A stretch of 64,000 bases of DNA from Candidatus Thorarchaeota archaeon (GTDB lineage Archaea > Asgardarchaeota > Thorarchaeia > Thorarchaeales > Thorarchaeaceae): NCBI GenBank assembly GCA_048884965.1, contig JBHLQH010000004.1, positions 32,001 to 96,000 on the forward strand, in the 5' to 3' direction. Every line of letters starts with the position of its first letter. Within the stretch, counting starts at the first letter, position 1. Both the position numbers and the translations under genes were made by a program. The notes under the pieces are model-generated. The model saw only the letters and a program-made list of their open reading frames with translations. It was not told where the DNA came from and searched no databases. Shown piece by piece: positions 12,758 through 22,245 of this stretch.

Positions 12758-12858
12758 GCCAGAATTTGATTAACCCCCTACAAGAGATATCCACAAGACA
12801 ATATAGGCGGTTTGCATGAGGCTCTCTAGTCGTTCGAATCCGTGGTTGGGTGAAGAAG

Positions 12859-13728
12859 ATGTGTGAGTGGTGCTTCAAGCATGGCGCAGGAAAGAAGTGG
12901 TATCTCAACTCCCAGAACTATCTAAGAGAAACAGCAGAGCAGGTTGGGGCAGAGGAGTATATCTTCGAACTGTGGAAGCAATTCGAAAAGGTCTATCTCC
13001 AAAAGATATACGGAATATCTACAAGAGGACCGGGCTACAAATTCGACATGCCAATTGTAGGAAGACTTATGCATCGCTACATTAACTCATGGTTCAAGAA
13101 AGAGAAACCGGTGAAGGGACGGAATCCACGACGAGCAGAGGGACATCCCGGACAGATTGTAATCTTGGAGGACGCAAAGAAAATCCTCGAGATCGCAGAT
13201 CCTATCATTCGAGTGAATTGTGCATGTCGACATATGACCAGAGGAATAAAGGATCCTTGTTGCATGGCATTTGGCGCATTGGCTGAATCGGTTCCCAAGC
13301 TTCCAAGATATGTACCAGACAGGGGAGTAGAGCCGCTGCATGTAGATGAGGCACAAGAATTCGCAACACAAATGCAAGAAGCAGGACGAGTGAATACTGT
13401 CTGGATGGGTCCAAGCCCTTACATTGCTGCTCTATGTAGCTGCGAGCTACCAGAATGCGTCGCGACAAAGCTAAGGACCACCTATGACTTGAATGCATTA
13501 TACAAAGGTGAGTATGTAGCGAAGGTGGACTTCTCGAAATGTGATGGTTGCGAAACTTGCGCATCCCGATGTCAATTTGGAGCTTTGGCATTTTCTGATT
13601 CCATGAACAGACCATTCATTGACCAATGGAAATGCTATGGTTGCGGTCTGTGTCAGGTTAGCTGTCCGAGGGGAGCTATCTCCATGGAGGATAGGAACAA
13701 TCTAGATATCTTCAAGGAGGTCTGGTAG
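12859..13728 (+). CDS. 4Fe-4S binding protein with C-terminal 2[4Fe-4S] ferredoxin domain
   Basis: MCEWCFKHG, CACR, CSCELPEC; CDGCETCASRC and CYGCGLCQVSCP. Confidence 0.85.
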   Translation: MCEWCFKHGAGKKWYLNSQNYLRETAEQVGAEEYIFELWKQFEKVYLQKIYGISTRGPGYKFDMPIVGRLMHRYINSWFKKEKPVKGRNPRRAEGHPGQIVILEDAKKILEIADPIIRVNCACRHMTRGIKDPCCMAFGALAESVPKLPRYVPDRGVEPLHVDEAQEFATQMQEAGRVNTVWMGPSPYIAALCSCELPECVATKLRTTYDLNALYKGEYVAKVDFSKCDGCETCASRCQFGALAFSDSMNRPFIDQWKCYGCGLCQVSCPRGAISMEDRNNLDIFKEVW

Positions 13729-13729
13729 T

Positions 13730-13951
13730 ATGAAGACGGACATCGTCGTAGATTATGCAAAGTGCGGGGATCCAAGGGAGTGTAAGAAGTGTCTGCAGAT
13801 ATGTCCCCCAGCCCTATTCATGATGTACTCACCTGACTACGAATCCAATAATCCAACAGAGTGGCGAGTAGATGTTGCATTCACTGATCAATGCACAAGA
13901 TGTGGAGACTGTGTGTCTGTGTGTCCAAATGATGCAATTAAGCTGAAGTGA
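13730..13951 (+). CDS. 2[4Fe-4S] ferredoxin
   Basis: CGDPRECKKCLQICP and CTRCGDCVSVCP; starts 1 nt after the upstream gene. Confidence 0.9.
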   Translation: MKTDIVVDYAKCGDPRECKKCLQICPPALFMMYSPDYESNNPTEWRVDVAFTDQCTRCGDCVSVCPNDAIKLK

Positions 13952-14125
13952 CTCTAACACATCTTCACCTTCATCTAGAGCTCATATGCTCCTCAAAGCT
14001 CTAGCTAGACTATCTGATTCGACTTTTGCCTTGATGTCAATTTCCTCTGATTCTGCCATCTTCAGCACATCTAATTACTAATGAAGTAAGTCACTGAATG
14101 TAACAGCACTGAAGAATGATGAAGC

Positions 14126-14692
14126 TCATTTCGAGCCAAATTTCTGTTTGACGAAAAAGTAGCTACGGTATTCAGGGAACTTCCCAAAGTTCCTACGATC
14201 CAACGTAGCGACCTTTGTGTATCCTTGCCTTTCATGAAATTTTTCTGATGCAATATTCCTTATTGGCTTGTTTGCAGTAAATGCTACAAGGTGAACATTC
14301 AGGTATCTTTCGAGCTCCTGATAGAGGAATGATGCGACCCCCTGATGCTGAAATCCTTTTCGAACAGCTAGTTGCTTCACATAGGCATAGTCTTCGGAAA
14401 GAATTGCTTTGCATAATCCTTCTATCTTCACAGAGTCCCATCGCAACGCATCTAACAGAGAGATTTCCAAGCCACGAACCACTTCAACATATGCTAGCAC
14501 CAAGCCATCAATGTTCATAGCTACAAAGAATGAAGATTGCATTGATCGAATTAAGAACGCAATGTCATCTGTGTCATGGGCTATAACTAAGAATCCACCT
14601 TCAGCCCCAGATTCAAGATGTTGCATATTTATCTCAGCTATTTGTGCAGCGTCCTCAATACTTGCTGATGAGAAGGTTAGGGATTTCATCAA
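14126..14692 (-). CDS. GNAT family N-acetyltransferase
   Basis: YVKQLAVRKGFQHQGVASFLY and NIASEKFHERQGY. Confidence 0.8.
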   Translation of the reverse strand: MMKSLTFSSASIEDAAQIAEINMQHLESGAEGGFLVIAHDTDDIAFLIRSMQSSFFVAMNIDGLVLAYVEVVRGLEISLLDALRWDSVKIEGLCKAILSEDYAYVKQLAVRKGFQHQGVASFLYQELERYLNVHLVAFTANKPIRNIASEKFHERQGYTKVATLDRRNFGKFPEYRSYFFVKQKFGSK

Positions 14693-14779
14693 TAGACGAG
14701 ATGATATGAATCATATTTAAGATAAACTGGACCCTGTCCAAAAAATCAGGATTTATCTGGCTTCAAGTCCAAAGTAGGT

Positions 14780-15484
14780 ATGGGGAAAAGAGTGCATGAT
14801 AAAAACGATGATGACACAGAGGACATGATAGGACAATCCACGATTACCGATAGCATAGTCAAGGTCAGGCACAAACAGGCAAGTGAGAAAGCAAAACGAA
14901 AGACAAGTTCCAAGAAACTCTATAAAATGATTAGTGAGGACCCTGATCATGAGGTCTATGGAGTTCCTCCGAATATCAGCTATTGGCAGATGATCAGCTT
15001 TATGGTTGTGATCAGTCTGATTGGTATGGCTGAAGTGTACTTGCTGATCATTGCCTTTGTTGGAGTGATGAATGATATCGCAGCTGCCATTCTACTTCTG
15101 GGTTCATTGATATTGATTATCGTTGTATCACTCCTATACGCAATTCTTGAAGGCTACCTCTTTGATAAACTGCTAGTGAATGAACTTGGAATTGGAAAGG
15201 AACTACGTGGAAGAACACTCAAAGGTCACCCATCAAGAGTATACGGACGCCGTGCCTTAGAATGGGAACACATTGATAGAATTGATATTGGTAGCAAGAA
15301 GAACACAATCACTGCAATCAGGATGAGAAGTGGAAATCGAGAGCTCCTCTTTTCTAGAAGATACTTCTGCAGAGAGATGACATTCAAGGATATTGAGAGA
15401 TATATCCCCGATTTCGAAACATGGAAAATGGAACGAACATCTGGGAACAAATATGATATCTCGTATATTAGACCGATAACATAA
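14780..15484 (+). CDS. Hypothetical 2-TM membrane protein (tandem paralog A)
   Basis: Two hydrophobic segments followed by a soluble domain similar to the next gene. Confidence 0.7.
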   Translation: MGKRVHDKNDDDTEDMIGQSTITDSIVKVRHKQASEKAKRKTSSKKLYKMISEDPDHEVYGVPPNISYWQMISFMVVISLIGMAEVYLLIIAFVGVMNDIAAAILLLGSLILIIVVSLLYAILEGYLFDKLLVNELGIGKELRGRTLKGHPSRVYGRRALEWEHIDRIDIGSKKNTITAIRMRSGNRELLFSRRYFCREMTFKDIERYIPDFETWKMERTSGNKYDISYIRPIT

Positions 15485-15630
15485 ATCCTTGATATGCGTC
15501 AGATTATCATGAGAAGGAGGGAAAACAGATAGAATCAAACAACGAAGAGGTACAGGATACTACAAGGCATGGAGAGAAAGTAGTTGTACGCTTTTCAGAC
15601 ATCAATGTATCAACGAAGCCACTACCTGAA

Positions 15631-16179
15631 ATGGCTCCCAGGTTGAACTCCAAAGAAATCTATGCAATAATTTCGGGAGACCCTAATCATGAGGTGTTTG
15701 GTGATTCTAAACTGCCAAAAGGATTGCTAGCATCCTGTATCGCACTTGTTGTGGTTCCTCCAGTAATTCTGCTCTGTTATTCATTGAATTTCCCAGATCT
15801 AGTAGATATGTTTCTTCTGAGTCCATTGATGATGATATCAGTTCTACTTGATATACTGATCATCTTGCCAATTAGTATGTGCCACCCTAGTGGTCGCTCG
15901 AAGATAATAATAAACAATAGAGGAGTTGGACAGGTTCAATTCCAGAATCGGGTCTTAGCCTTTGAATGGAAGCATATTGATAGGATTTCAATTAGATGGA
16001 GCGATGGCGATATCGATAAGCTTTGGTTCGCGAGAGGTTCTCGATATATCAGAACAGGAAGAGGACAATACTGTAGGAATTTTACACTGAGGGACCTCAA
16101 GAGATTTATCGTAGACTTTGATTCATGGCCATCTAAGGGGAAGAATATGACTTATCATACGAATCCTCATTATCAATAA
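15631..16179 (+). CDS. Hypothetical 2-TM membrane protein (tandem paralog B); may start further upstream
   Basis: Shares DPxHEVxG, EWxHIDRI and DFxxW motifs with 14780-15484; the frame is open back to 15493. Confidence 0.7.
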   Translation: MAPRLNSKEIYAIISGDPNHEVFGDSKLPKGLLASCIALVVVPPVILLCYSLNFPDLVDMFLLSPLMMISVLLDILIILPISMCHPSGRSKIIINNRGVGQVQFQNRVLAFEWKHIDRISIRWSDGDIDKLWFARGSRYIRTGRGQYCRNFTLRDLKRFIVDFDSWPSKGKNMTYHTNPHYQ

Positions 16180-16198
16180 GTGAAAATACAGGTTGTAG

Positions 16199-17200
16199 AT
16201 GACTATGGTTCATTGCTTTGTTACTGGAGGAAATGGTTTCGTAGGATCACACATTGTACGAGAACTCGAGAAGCGAGGACATGACATCACCCTACTTCTC
16301 CGGAAATCTTCGAATCTCGATCTCATTAGTGGAGTGTCCTTCAAAACAGTCACAGGAGATGTCACTGATTTCAGCAGTCTCATTTCTGGAATTCCAAATG
16401 ACACGGAATGGCTCTTCCATAATGCCGCCATCATGGCTGATTGGGGAGGCAAGCAACATTTCTTCCCAGTGAATGTGGAAGGCACACGAAACATCCTTGA
16501 AGTTGTTAGGAAGAAGGACATCCCATGTCTAATCCATACGTCTTCTACAGCAGTCTATGGATTTCCAAACAAGGTCGAGCCAATGGTTGAGGATGATGAG
16601 TGGAAACCCATGAACACATATCAGAAATCGAAGGCAGAGGCTGAGAAACTGATTCTTGAATATACAGAAACCTATGGTGTCAAAGTAACACGAGTCCGAC
16701 CTCCTACGGTAGTAGGAAAAGGAGATCTCTTCACAGGCCCTCAGATTATTGAAAGAATCAAGAACGAATCGATGGTGACTTTTGGAGGAGGTAACAACCT
16801 CCAGAGCTTTGCTCACGGAGAGGATGTTGGTAGTTGTATTGTCCTTGCGGCAGAGCATTTTGAAAAGTCAGCGGGCAATGCCTACAATGTCTGTTCGTTC
16901 ACATCAACCATGAGAGAGTTCATCGAGGGTATAGCGGATGAGGTGAATGCGAAGAAGAAGTTCCAGAATTTCCCGTACACAATGGCATTGGGACTTGGTA
17001 GGATGGCTGGTGGATTGTATCGAGCTTTCAATCGGAAGAAAGCACCTCCAATCACAGCATTTGTAGTCAAACTCTTCGGAAGCAATTATGTTGTGAGTGC
17101 TCAAAAGGCAATCCATGAGCTCGGATTCAGACCAAAATGGGATTTGGAATCTACTGTGAAGGATATGGTCGCTTGGGGAGGGTATGTTAAGCCTCGGTGA
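16199..17200 (+). CDS. NAD-dependent epimerase/dehydratase (extended SDR; 3-beta-HSD/dihydroflavonol reductase-like)
   Basis: TGGNGFVG, HNAA, SSTAVYG and YQKSK (YxxxK). Confidence 0.9.
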   Translation: MTMVHCFVTGGNGFVGSHIVRELEKRGHDITLLLRKSSNLDLISGVSFKTVTGDVTDFSSLISGIPNDTEWLFHNAAIMADWGGKQHFFPVNVEGTRNILEVVRKKDIPCLIHTSSTAVYGFPNKVEPMVEDDEWKPMNTYQKSKAEAEKLILEYTETYGVKVTRVRPPTVVGKGDLFTGPQIIERIKNESMVTFGGGNNLQSFAHGEDVGSCIVLAAEHFEKSAGNAYNVCSFTSTMREFIEGIADEVNAKKKFQNFPYTMALGLGRMAGGLYRAFNRKKAPPITAFVVKLFGSNYVVSAQKAIHELGFRPKWDLESTVKDMVAWGGYVKPR

Positions 17201-17245
17201 AATGGGACTGGATAGAAGGAGAGAAAAGAACGATTGGATTTCTGA

Positions 17246-18121
17246 TTGTATCGAATCCCTATGAAGATCTACAAGCCCTATGATCAAGAAGCTTTATCAA
17301 TTCTAGAAGGTATATCGTCAAAAGTACGAAACCTTCAACAAGACGAAATCCCATTCTTCACTCTAGCCAAGAACGATGTTCCAAAAGGAATTCTTGCAAT
17401 ACAACAAGAGCCGTGCTACTTTGTTGCTGAAGCGGGGTCAACTCTGGGAGAGATTGCCTGTTTTAACGTGAACGTACAGGAATTCCAGGATATCATCCGT
17501 ACCTCAATCGATTTGATGAAGCAAGAAGATTTCGTCTACCTTATTCATTTTGGCGGTGACTTATCTGAGGAAGAACAAGATGTGCTAAAGGCGAATAAGT
17601 TCAGACTTAATGACCACTATTATATGATGGGAATCGAAGTGAGTGATTTCTATGACATCCCTCAAGGACTTCTCCTTAAACCTATCACCATTGAGGGGCG
17701 TAGTCAATTCCTTGATGTAGAGAAGGAATACTATGAGGGTACTGGAGATTCTTCAACGGAGTCTATGATGGACATGATTAGGAATATGCCATCAAGCGAT
17801 TTGGATGCGATTTATAATGAGGACACATCCTATTACGTGATGGATGGAGAATCCATCATTGCAATCGTAGTCATTTTCATAGATAGGGGAGGAATTGCAT
17901 CCATTGCTGTTCGACCAGATTTGAGGAGGAAAGGTTACGGACGCAGGGTTCTGCATATGGCAATGAACAGACTCAAAGAGTTTGGATGGAGCAAGATCAT
18001 GTTGAGGGTTCACGCAGATAACGAAGCTGCATTGAAACTGTACAAGAGAACTGGATTTGAGATACTCGTTGAAAGGAAGGCCTATGTCGCGTTCTCGAGA
18101 GATATGGATGAGCGTCTATGA
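17246..18121 (+). CDS. GNAT family N-acetyltransferase (paralog of 2661-3509); likely ATG start 17261
   Basis: IASIAVRPDLRRKGYG and LRVHADNEAALKLYKRTGF. Confidence 0.85.
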   Translation: MYRIPMKIYKPYDQEALSILEGISSKVRNLQQDEIPFFTLAKNDVPKGILAIQQEPCYFVAEAGSTLGEIACFNVNVQEFQDIIRTSIDLMKQEDFVYLIHFGGDLSEEEQDVLKANKFRLNDHYYMMGIEVSDFYDIPQGLLLKPITIEGRSQFLDVEKEYYEGTGDSSTESMMDMIRNMPSSDLDAIYNEDTSYYVMDGESIIAIVVIFIDRGGIASIAVRPDLRRKGYGRRVLHMAMNRLKEFGWSKIMLRVHADNEAALKLYKRTGFEILVERKAYVAFSRDMDERL

Positions 18122-19249
18122 TAGCCTGTCTACCAATTCAGCAATATCTAGAACCTTCATCTTCGAGAACTCAGAAGCATCACGTAGGTTTCGTACACAG
18201 AATGGGCATCCCGTAACAATTGCTGATGCTCCCACATCCTGTGCCTGCGCGATTCTACTCGTGGCAGTTTCCAAGCTCCAGTCAGCATAGGCAGACTTGC
18301 ATCCTCCGCCTGCTCCACAACACCACGCATTCTCACGAGAAGTTTCCATCTCAAGGAGTGGAACTCTCATTTTTTCCAAGACATTTCGAGGTGAATCGTA
18401 AACATCCATATGCCGCCCCAAGTGGCAGGGGTCATGCCATGTGTATGGCACAATATTCAAGGAATCCTTGATGTGAAGCGAACCTTGATCGATGAGATGT
18501 TCGATGAACTCTGTGATGTGCAGGATGTCGAATTCATATCGGACACCCATTCTTGGGTAATCTCGTTTCAATGTCCTATAGCATCCAGAGCAGGAAGTGA
18601 CCACTGTCCGAGCCCCCGCTTGAGATACCTGGTCTGAATTATATTGAGCTATCTGAGAGGTTCCCTCAAGCTGTCCAGTTCGTAGGAGAGGAGATGTACA
18701 ACAATACTCATCAATAATTGTAAACTCGACACCAGCTTTCTTTAGAATGGAGATAGTTGCATCCCGAATGCTTGTTTCACGATAATTGGACGTGCAGCCT
18801 ATGAAGTAAACGACTTCTGCTTTGTCTGGCAATCCATGGAGATCCTTCAGAGACCGAGCATGATGCTCAACACCGTAGGGATTGTGATGTTGAGCAATAT
18901 TCTCACTAAACTTCATGTGAGATGGCAAAGCTCCGAGATTCGCAACTGCGCTCGCCCGAAGTTCTTCAATGATATCAACGATGTGTTCATGATGAGGAGC
19001 AAGACACTGTACCTCGCAATTCCCACAAGTTGTACATGCGAAGATTGGATCAAGTAAATCTTCATTCCATTCTAGCTCACCCATAGACAGTCCTTGTGCT
19101 AATCGTATCCTTCCAGATGCAAAATAGGTCTCAAATTGGAAATGTGAGCCAGATGGACATGAATCAATATAGTCCTTGAAGACATATTTGCAATTGCCGC
19201 AACGCATGCACCGATGATTCCATTCTTCAATGATCGTCACAGGTCCCAC
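18116..19249 (-). CDS. Fe-S oxidoreductase with CCG domains (HdrD/GlpC/GlcF-like)
   Basis: CMRCGNC...CP and CTTCGNCEVQC; CCG-type motifs GCT, EYCCTSP, SCSGC, HDPCHLGR, CCGAGGG and GCPFC. Confidence 0.9.
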   Translation of the reverse strand: MGPVTIIEEWNHRCMRCGNCKYVFKDYIDSCPSGSHFQFETYFASGRIRLAQGLSMGELEWNEDLLDPIFACTTCGNCEVQCLAPHHEHIVDIIEELRASAVANLGALPSHMKFSENIAQHHNPYGVEHHARSLKDLHGLPDKAEVVYFIGCTSNYRETSIRDATISILKKAGVEFTIIDEYCCTSPLLRTGQLEGTSQIAQYNSDQVSQAGARTVVTSCSGCYRTLKRDYPRMGVRYEFDILHITEFIEHLIDQGSLHIKDSLNIVPYTWHDPCHLGRHMDVYDSPRNVLEKMRVPLLEMETSRENAWCCGAGGGCKSAYADWSLETATSRIAQAQDVGASAIVTGCPFCVRNLRDASEFSKMKVLDIAELVDRLS

Positions 19250-20661
19250 CTCCCAGGATTAAAGATACCATTAGGATCTAGACTGTCCTTAATCTTCTTC
19301 ATGAGTTCTAGGAATCCTGGATGTATCTTCTTCTTGAGAATGTCGAATGCCCATGCTGGAGTCTTGTATGGAATGGCTCCAAGATCAATCGCGAAAGTTA
19401 GCAGGTCTCGATTGCATTGCCGAACGCGTTCAATAGTTCTTGCGTCCTTTTGAAATCTAATAATGAACTTGAACTCGCCAAAATGCATTCCATTCATTGG
19501 CTTCAGAAAAGCCATTAGCTCAAATCCATGTTTCTCAACAATCTTCCGCCCGCCCTCTAGAGCAGTAGCCCAGTTCTTCGGATGAATGTAGGTACCTGCC
19601 CAGGTCAATCCATCAAATTCAGCAAGGATTTTGAATGCATCAGAGGGAAAATCTACCCAAGCGTTCGCTTGATCTCCCATCATCTTCGAGATTGCGTCCC
19701 ATCTCACGAGCAGATGTCGTGATTCTTTCATCTTTGCGTCATCTATTACTCCTGTGAGTAGCCGTATCTTCTCATCAACCTCGAGCTGAGAATTTCCAGA
19801 GATACTTATCAGAGTTCCATAGTCAGGTTCTCCTTCAAACACCTCAACTGGGTATCTAACACCAAGCAGCATCTTCACCATGGAAAGGGACATGCAATCT
19901 GCATCGTCGACAAGATCCAACCGAGTTATCTTGGTTAGAAGATCAGTTGTATTCCGCTCACCAAAAGTGAATATTGCAGCATACTCTACAAATGGAGGTC
20001 TTGGCCAGAGCTGGAGCGCGATCTTTGTGACGATACCAGTCATCCCCTGCCAACCTGAGAATAGACCTACTAAGTCAGGGAGGGGATAACGTCCAAACCA
20101 GTTACCATCTCCAAGAATGCCACTTCCAGCACGAATCAATGTCCCTGTGGGAAGGACTGCCTCAAGTCCATTTACAAAATCAGCCATTGCTCCATGCACA
20201 GTTGATAGATCACAGAGCCCTTGCAGGAGTGCATTTGCCATCACTGATGTATAGGGAGGAGCCAAGGGGAAAGTATATCGTAACTCAGGAGCGTGCTCAT
20301 CCAAGAATCTTCGAAGATGACCAAAGGTCACACCAGGTTCAACGACAACGTACATGGCATTGTGATCGAGCTCTATAACCCGATTCATTCTCTTTAGGTC
20401 TACAATAACAGCTCCGTCTACTTGAGGTATTGTTAACCCGCCGACATTCTGACCCGATACAAATGGTATCAATGGAGTTCGGGTTTCATTCGCGAGTCTA
20501 ACGATCGCTTGTATTTCCTCAACAGATTCTGGCATGACAACCAAGCGAGGTTTTCGAGGTTCATTCTCCGTCATATCCATAGAATAAACAAATTGCTCTC
20601 CACTTCCTGATGCAACATGGCGGTCTCCCAGAATATCTCGAAAACGTGCCTCAAGATCCAT
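19237..20661 (-). CDS. FAD-binding oxidoreductase (VAO/PCMH/GlcD-type flavoprotein)
   Basis: VVMPESVEEIQAIV, VDLKRMNR, VVEPGVT, GLEAVLPTG, GMTGIVTK and C-terminal LDPNGIFNPG. Confidence 0.9.
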   Translation of the reverse strand: MDLEARFRDILGDRHVASGSGEQFVYSMDMTENEPRKPRLVVMPESVEEIQAIVRLANETRTPLIPFVSGQNVGGLTIPQVDGAVIVDLKRMNRVIELDHNAMYVVVEPGVTFGHLRRFLDEHAPELRYTFPLAPPYTSVMANALLQGLCDLSTVHGAMADFVNGLEAVLPTGTLIRAGSGILGDGNWFGRYPLPDLVGLFSGWQGMTGIVTKIALQLWPRPPFVEYAAIFTFGERNTTDLLTKITRLDLVDDADCMSLSMVKMLLGVRYPVEVFEGEPDYGTLISISGNSQLEVDEKIRLLTGVIDDAKMKESRHLLVRWDAISKMMGDQANAWVDFPSDAFKILAEFDGLTWAGTYIHPKNWATALEGGRKIVEKHGFELMAFLKPMNGMHFGEFKFIIRFQKDARTIERVRQCNRDLLTFAIDLGAIPYKTPAWAFDILKKKIHPGFLELMKKIKDSLDPNGIFNPGRWDL

Positions 20662-20665
20662 TCAA

Positions 20666-21211
20666 TCAACCTCCCAAGATGACCTGCATCAATCTGTAGA
20701 ATCTCATTGTAGCGATGGGATGACGAAGAAGTCCTTTAATCTGAATTTGGCGTCTTATTACCTCCTTGACCATGGAAGTCTTCCCACGCACAAGCTCAAT
20801 CATTGTATCAAAACTCATGACAATCTCAAGTGTCGGGTGCTCTACAAGATCACGAGATATTGTAACACCATTTTCGAAGGTGATGGAAATTGGATAGAAA
20901 TTCGTTCGCAGAAGTACAATCATTCTCCAATTCTGAATCTTCTTAGCGTTCTCAGGATCCTTCAAGTGTTCAGATAGCATCATCGCGAGAATGTTACCAA
21001 CAAAGTCGCGGGGATTGTTCAGCATAATTCTCTCAACCCACGGGGGCTCTTCGAGTCTCATGTAAAGCAAAGGTGCTTTTGAATATGGCTGTATCATGTG
21101 AGCAATTTCATAAGTGCATGTAATGATGTAAGTATTGGCGGTATCGATGAGGCATAGGTCTAATTCTGAGCCTCGGCTATGACGAATCGGTGAGCAGCTG
21201 AGAACCGCCAC
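20666..21211 (-). CDS. SCP2 (sterol carrier protein 2)-like lipid-binding protein; true start probably near 21025-21060
   Basis: ITFENG.TIS...PTLEIVMSFDTMIELVRGK...EVIRRQIQIKG SCP2-like pattern; 4 nt upstream of the FAD oxidoreductase. Confidence 0.6.
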   Translation of the reverse strand: MAVLSCSPIRHSRGSELDLCLIDTANTYIITCTYEIAHMIQPYSKAPLLYMRLEEPPWVERIMLNNPRDFVGNILAMMLSEHLKDPENAKKIQNWRMIVLLRTNFYPISITFENGVTISRDLVEHPTLEIVMSFDTMIELVRGKTSMVKEVIRRQIQIKGLLRHPIATMRFYRLMQVILGG

Positions 21212-21231
21212 CTCTAAGCAAAAAGAGGAAT

Positions 21232-21300
21232 CATAATTCTTATTTATTTTAAAGTAAAGTCCATAATTCTTATTTTTATAATATGAAATGTCATATTTCC
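21232..21300. repeat. Direct repeats with 30-bp period in an AT-rich divergent promoter region
   Basis: CATAATTCTTATTT at 21232 and 21262, degenerate CATATTTCC at 21292. Confidence 0.6.
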
Positions 21301-21469
21301 GAATGCTTATAAGGTTAGGAATCTATTTCACTTAAGGAAAACGTAGGTTAATGAACGAATGACGTTCGGACCTGGCACATATTAGACAGGTTGTGACAAT
21401 CAAACTATCAGACAGTATCCGATCCTACTTTTTTCTCCAAATATCTGTCTGATCAAATGGTGAAATAAA

Positions 21470-21622
21470 ATGTGCGAAGAGAAAATAGTAAGTATACCAA
21501 TACGCGTTAGTGAATGGCCTGAACTTGATAGAAATGGAGTGATTGTTAGTAGAATGACAGCTGAACCCCAACCAACAAGAATACATCTTGTTACAAGTAA
21601 GGTTCAGGAGAATAGCGACTAG
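21470..21622 (+). CDS. Small hypothetical protein (50 aa), below the track cutoff
   Basis: GGTGA Shine-Dalgarno-like site then MCEEKIVSIPIRVSEWPELDRNGVIVSRMTAEPQPTRIHLVTSKVQENSD*. Confidence 0.5.
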   Translation: MCEEKIVSIPIRVSEWPELDRNGVIVSRMTAEPQPTRIHLVTSKVQENSD

Positions 21623-22137
21623 TGTCGCTGAACTTGGTAGAATCGACCATGTCCGAAGCATGGTCACATGATCTACCACCCATTGGATTCACAATCAATA
21701 GGACAGGAACAGCTATGAATGTGAGGCGATTTCCTGAACCAGAGTGTTATCTGAAACTTAGTAGGCCACCTCAAGGTGCGCTTGAATTTTCAGTATATTC
21801 GTTCAAAGGGTCATCGCTAGATTATGAGAATCTTGACCATCATCTTATGAAGAGATTCGAAAATGGATATGCTCGACAAGTGGTGCTTGGAAAAAGAATC
21901 TATATCGAGTTAGCTGGGGTATCACGTCTAGCTAGAATATTCAGAATTGGCAGTGGTTTATCTCAGAAGGTGTGTTTCTCCTGCTTGATTCCTTCTCCAG
22001 ATGGTGGACCTTATGGACTCATGCTTGTCTATGGTAGATATTCAAGAACTCAGAAACTGCCCTCTGCAATTCATAGAATTATTGACACTGATCTACATAC
22101 CCTTCTTGAGAGTTTCATAGTGTATGGAGCAAGGTAG
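21622..22137 (+). CDS. Hypothetical protein (likely ATG start 21649)
   Basis: 171-codon ORF with globular composition and no recognised motif. Confidence 0.65.
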   Translation: MSLNLVESTMSEAWSHDLPPIGFTINRTGTAMNVRRFPEPECYLKLSRPPQGALEFSVYSFKGSSLDYENLDHHLMKRFENGYARQVVLGKRIYIELAGVSRLARIFRIGSGLSQKVCFSCLIPSPDGGPYGLMLVYGRYSRTQKLPSAIHRIIDTDLHTLLESFIVYGAR

Positions 22138-22186
22138 TACTAGACCACTACAGTGTCACATCATTCTTCATTTCATGGATGCTTGA

Positions 22187-22240
22187 TTACTAGAAGACCG
22201 ACCAAGCAAATGATTTGCAGGTCGGTGGTCTTTCTAGTAA
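22187..22240. terminator. Long imperfect hairpin between convergent genes
   Basis: TTACTAGAAGACCGACC..GCAAAT G ATTTGC..GGTCGGTGGTCTTTCTAGTAA. Confidence 0.5.
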
Positions 22241-22245
22241 AGAAT

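Noticed and set aside
13940-14059. Selenocysteine read-through of the in-frame TGA
   Set aside because: No redox-motif context, no SECIS seen, and read-through would run antisense into the ferredoxin gene.
21232-21300. Mini-CRISPR or replication origin
   Set aside because: Repeats are 14 bp with 16-bp spacers, there are no cas or cdc6/orc genes, and no G-string ORB motif.
22187-22240. Hairpin as a SECIS element or ncRNA
   Set aside because: No Sec-type gene nearby; its position between convergent genes fits a terminator.
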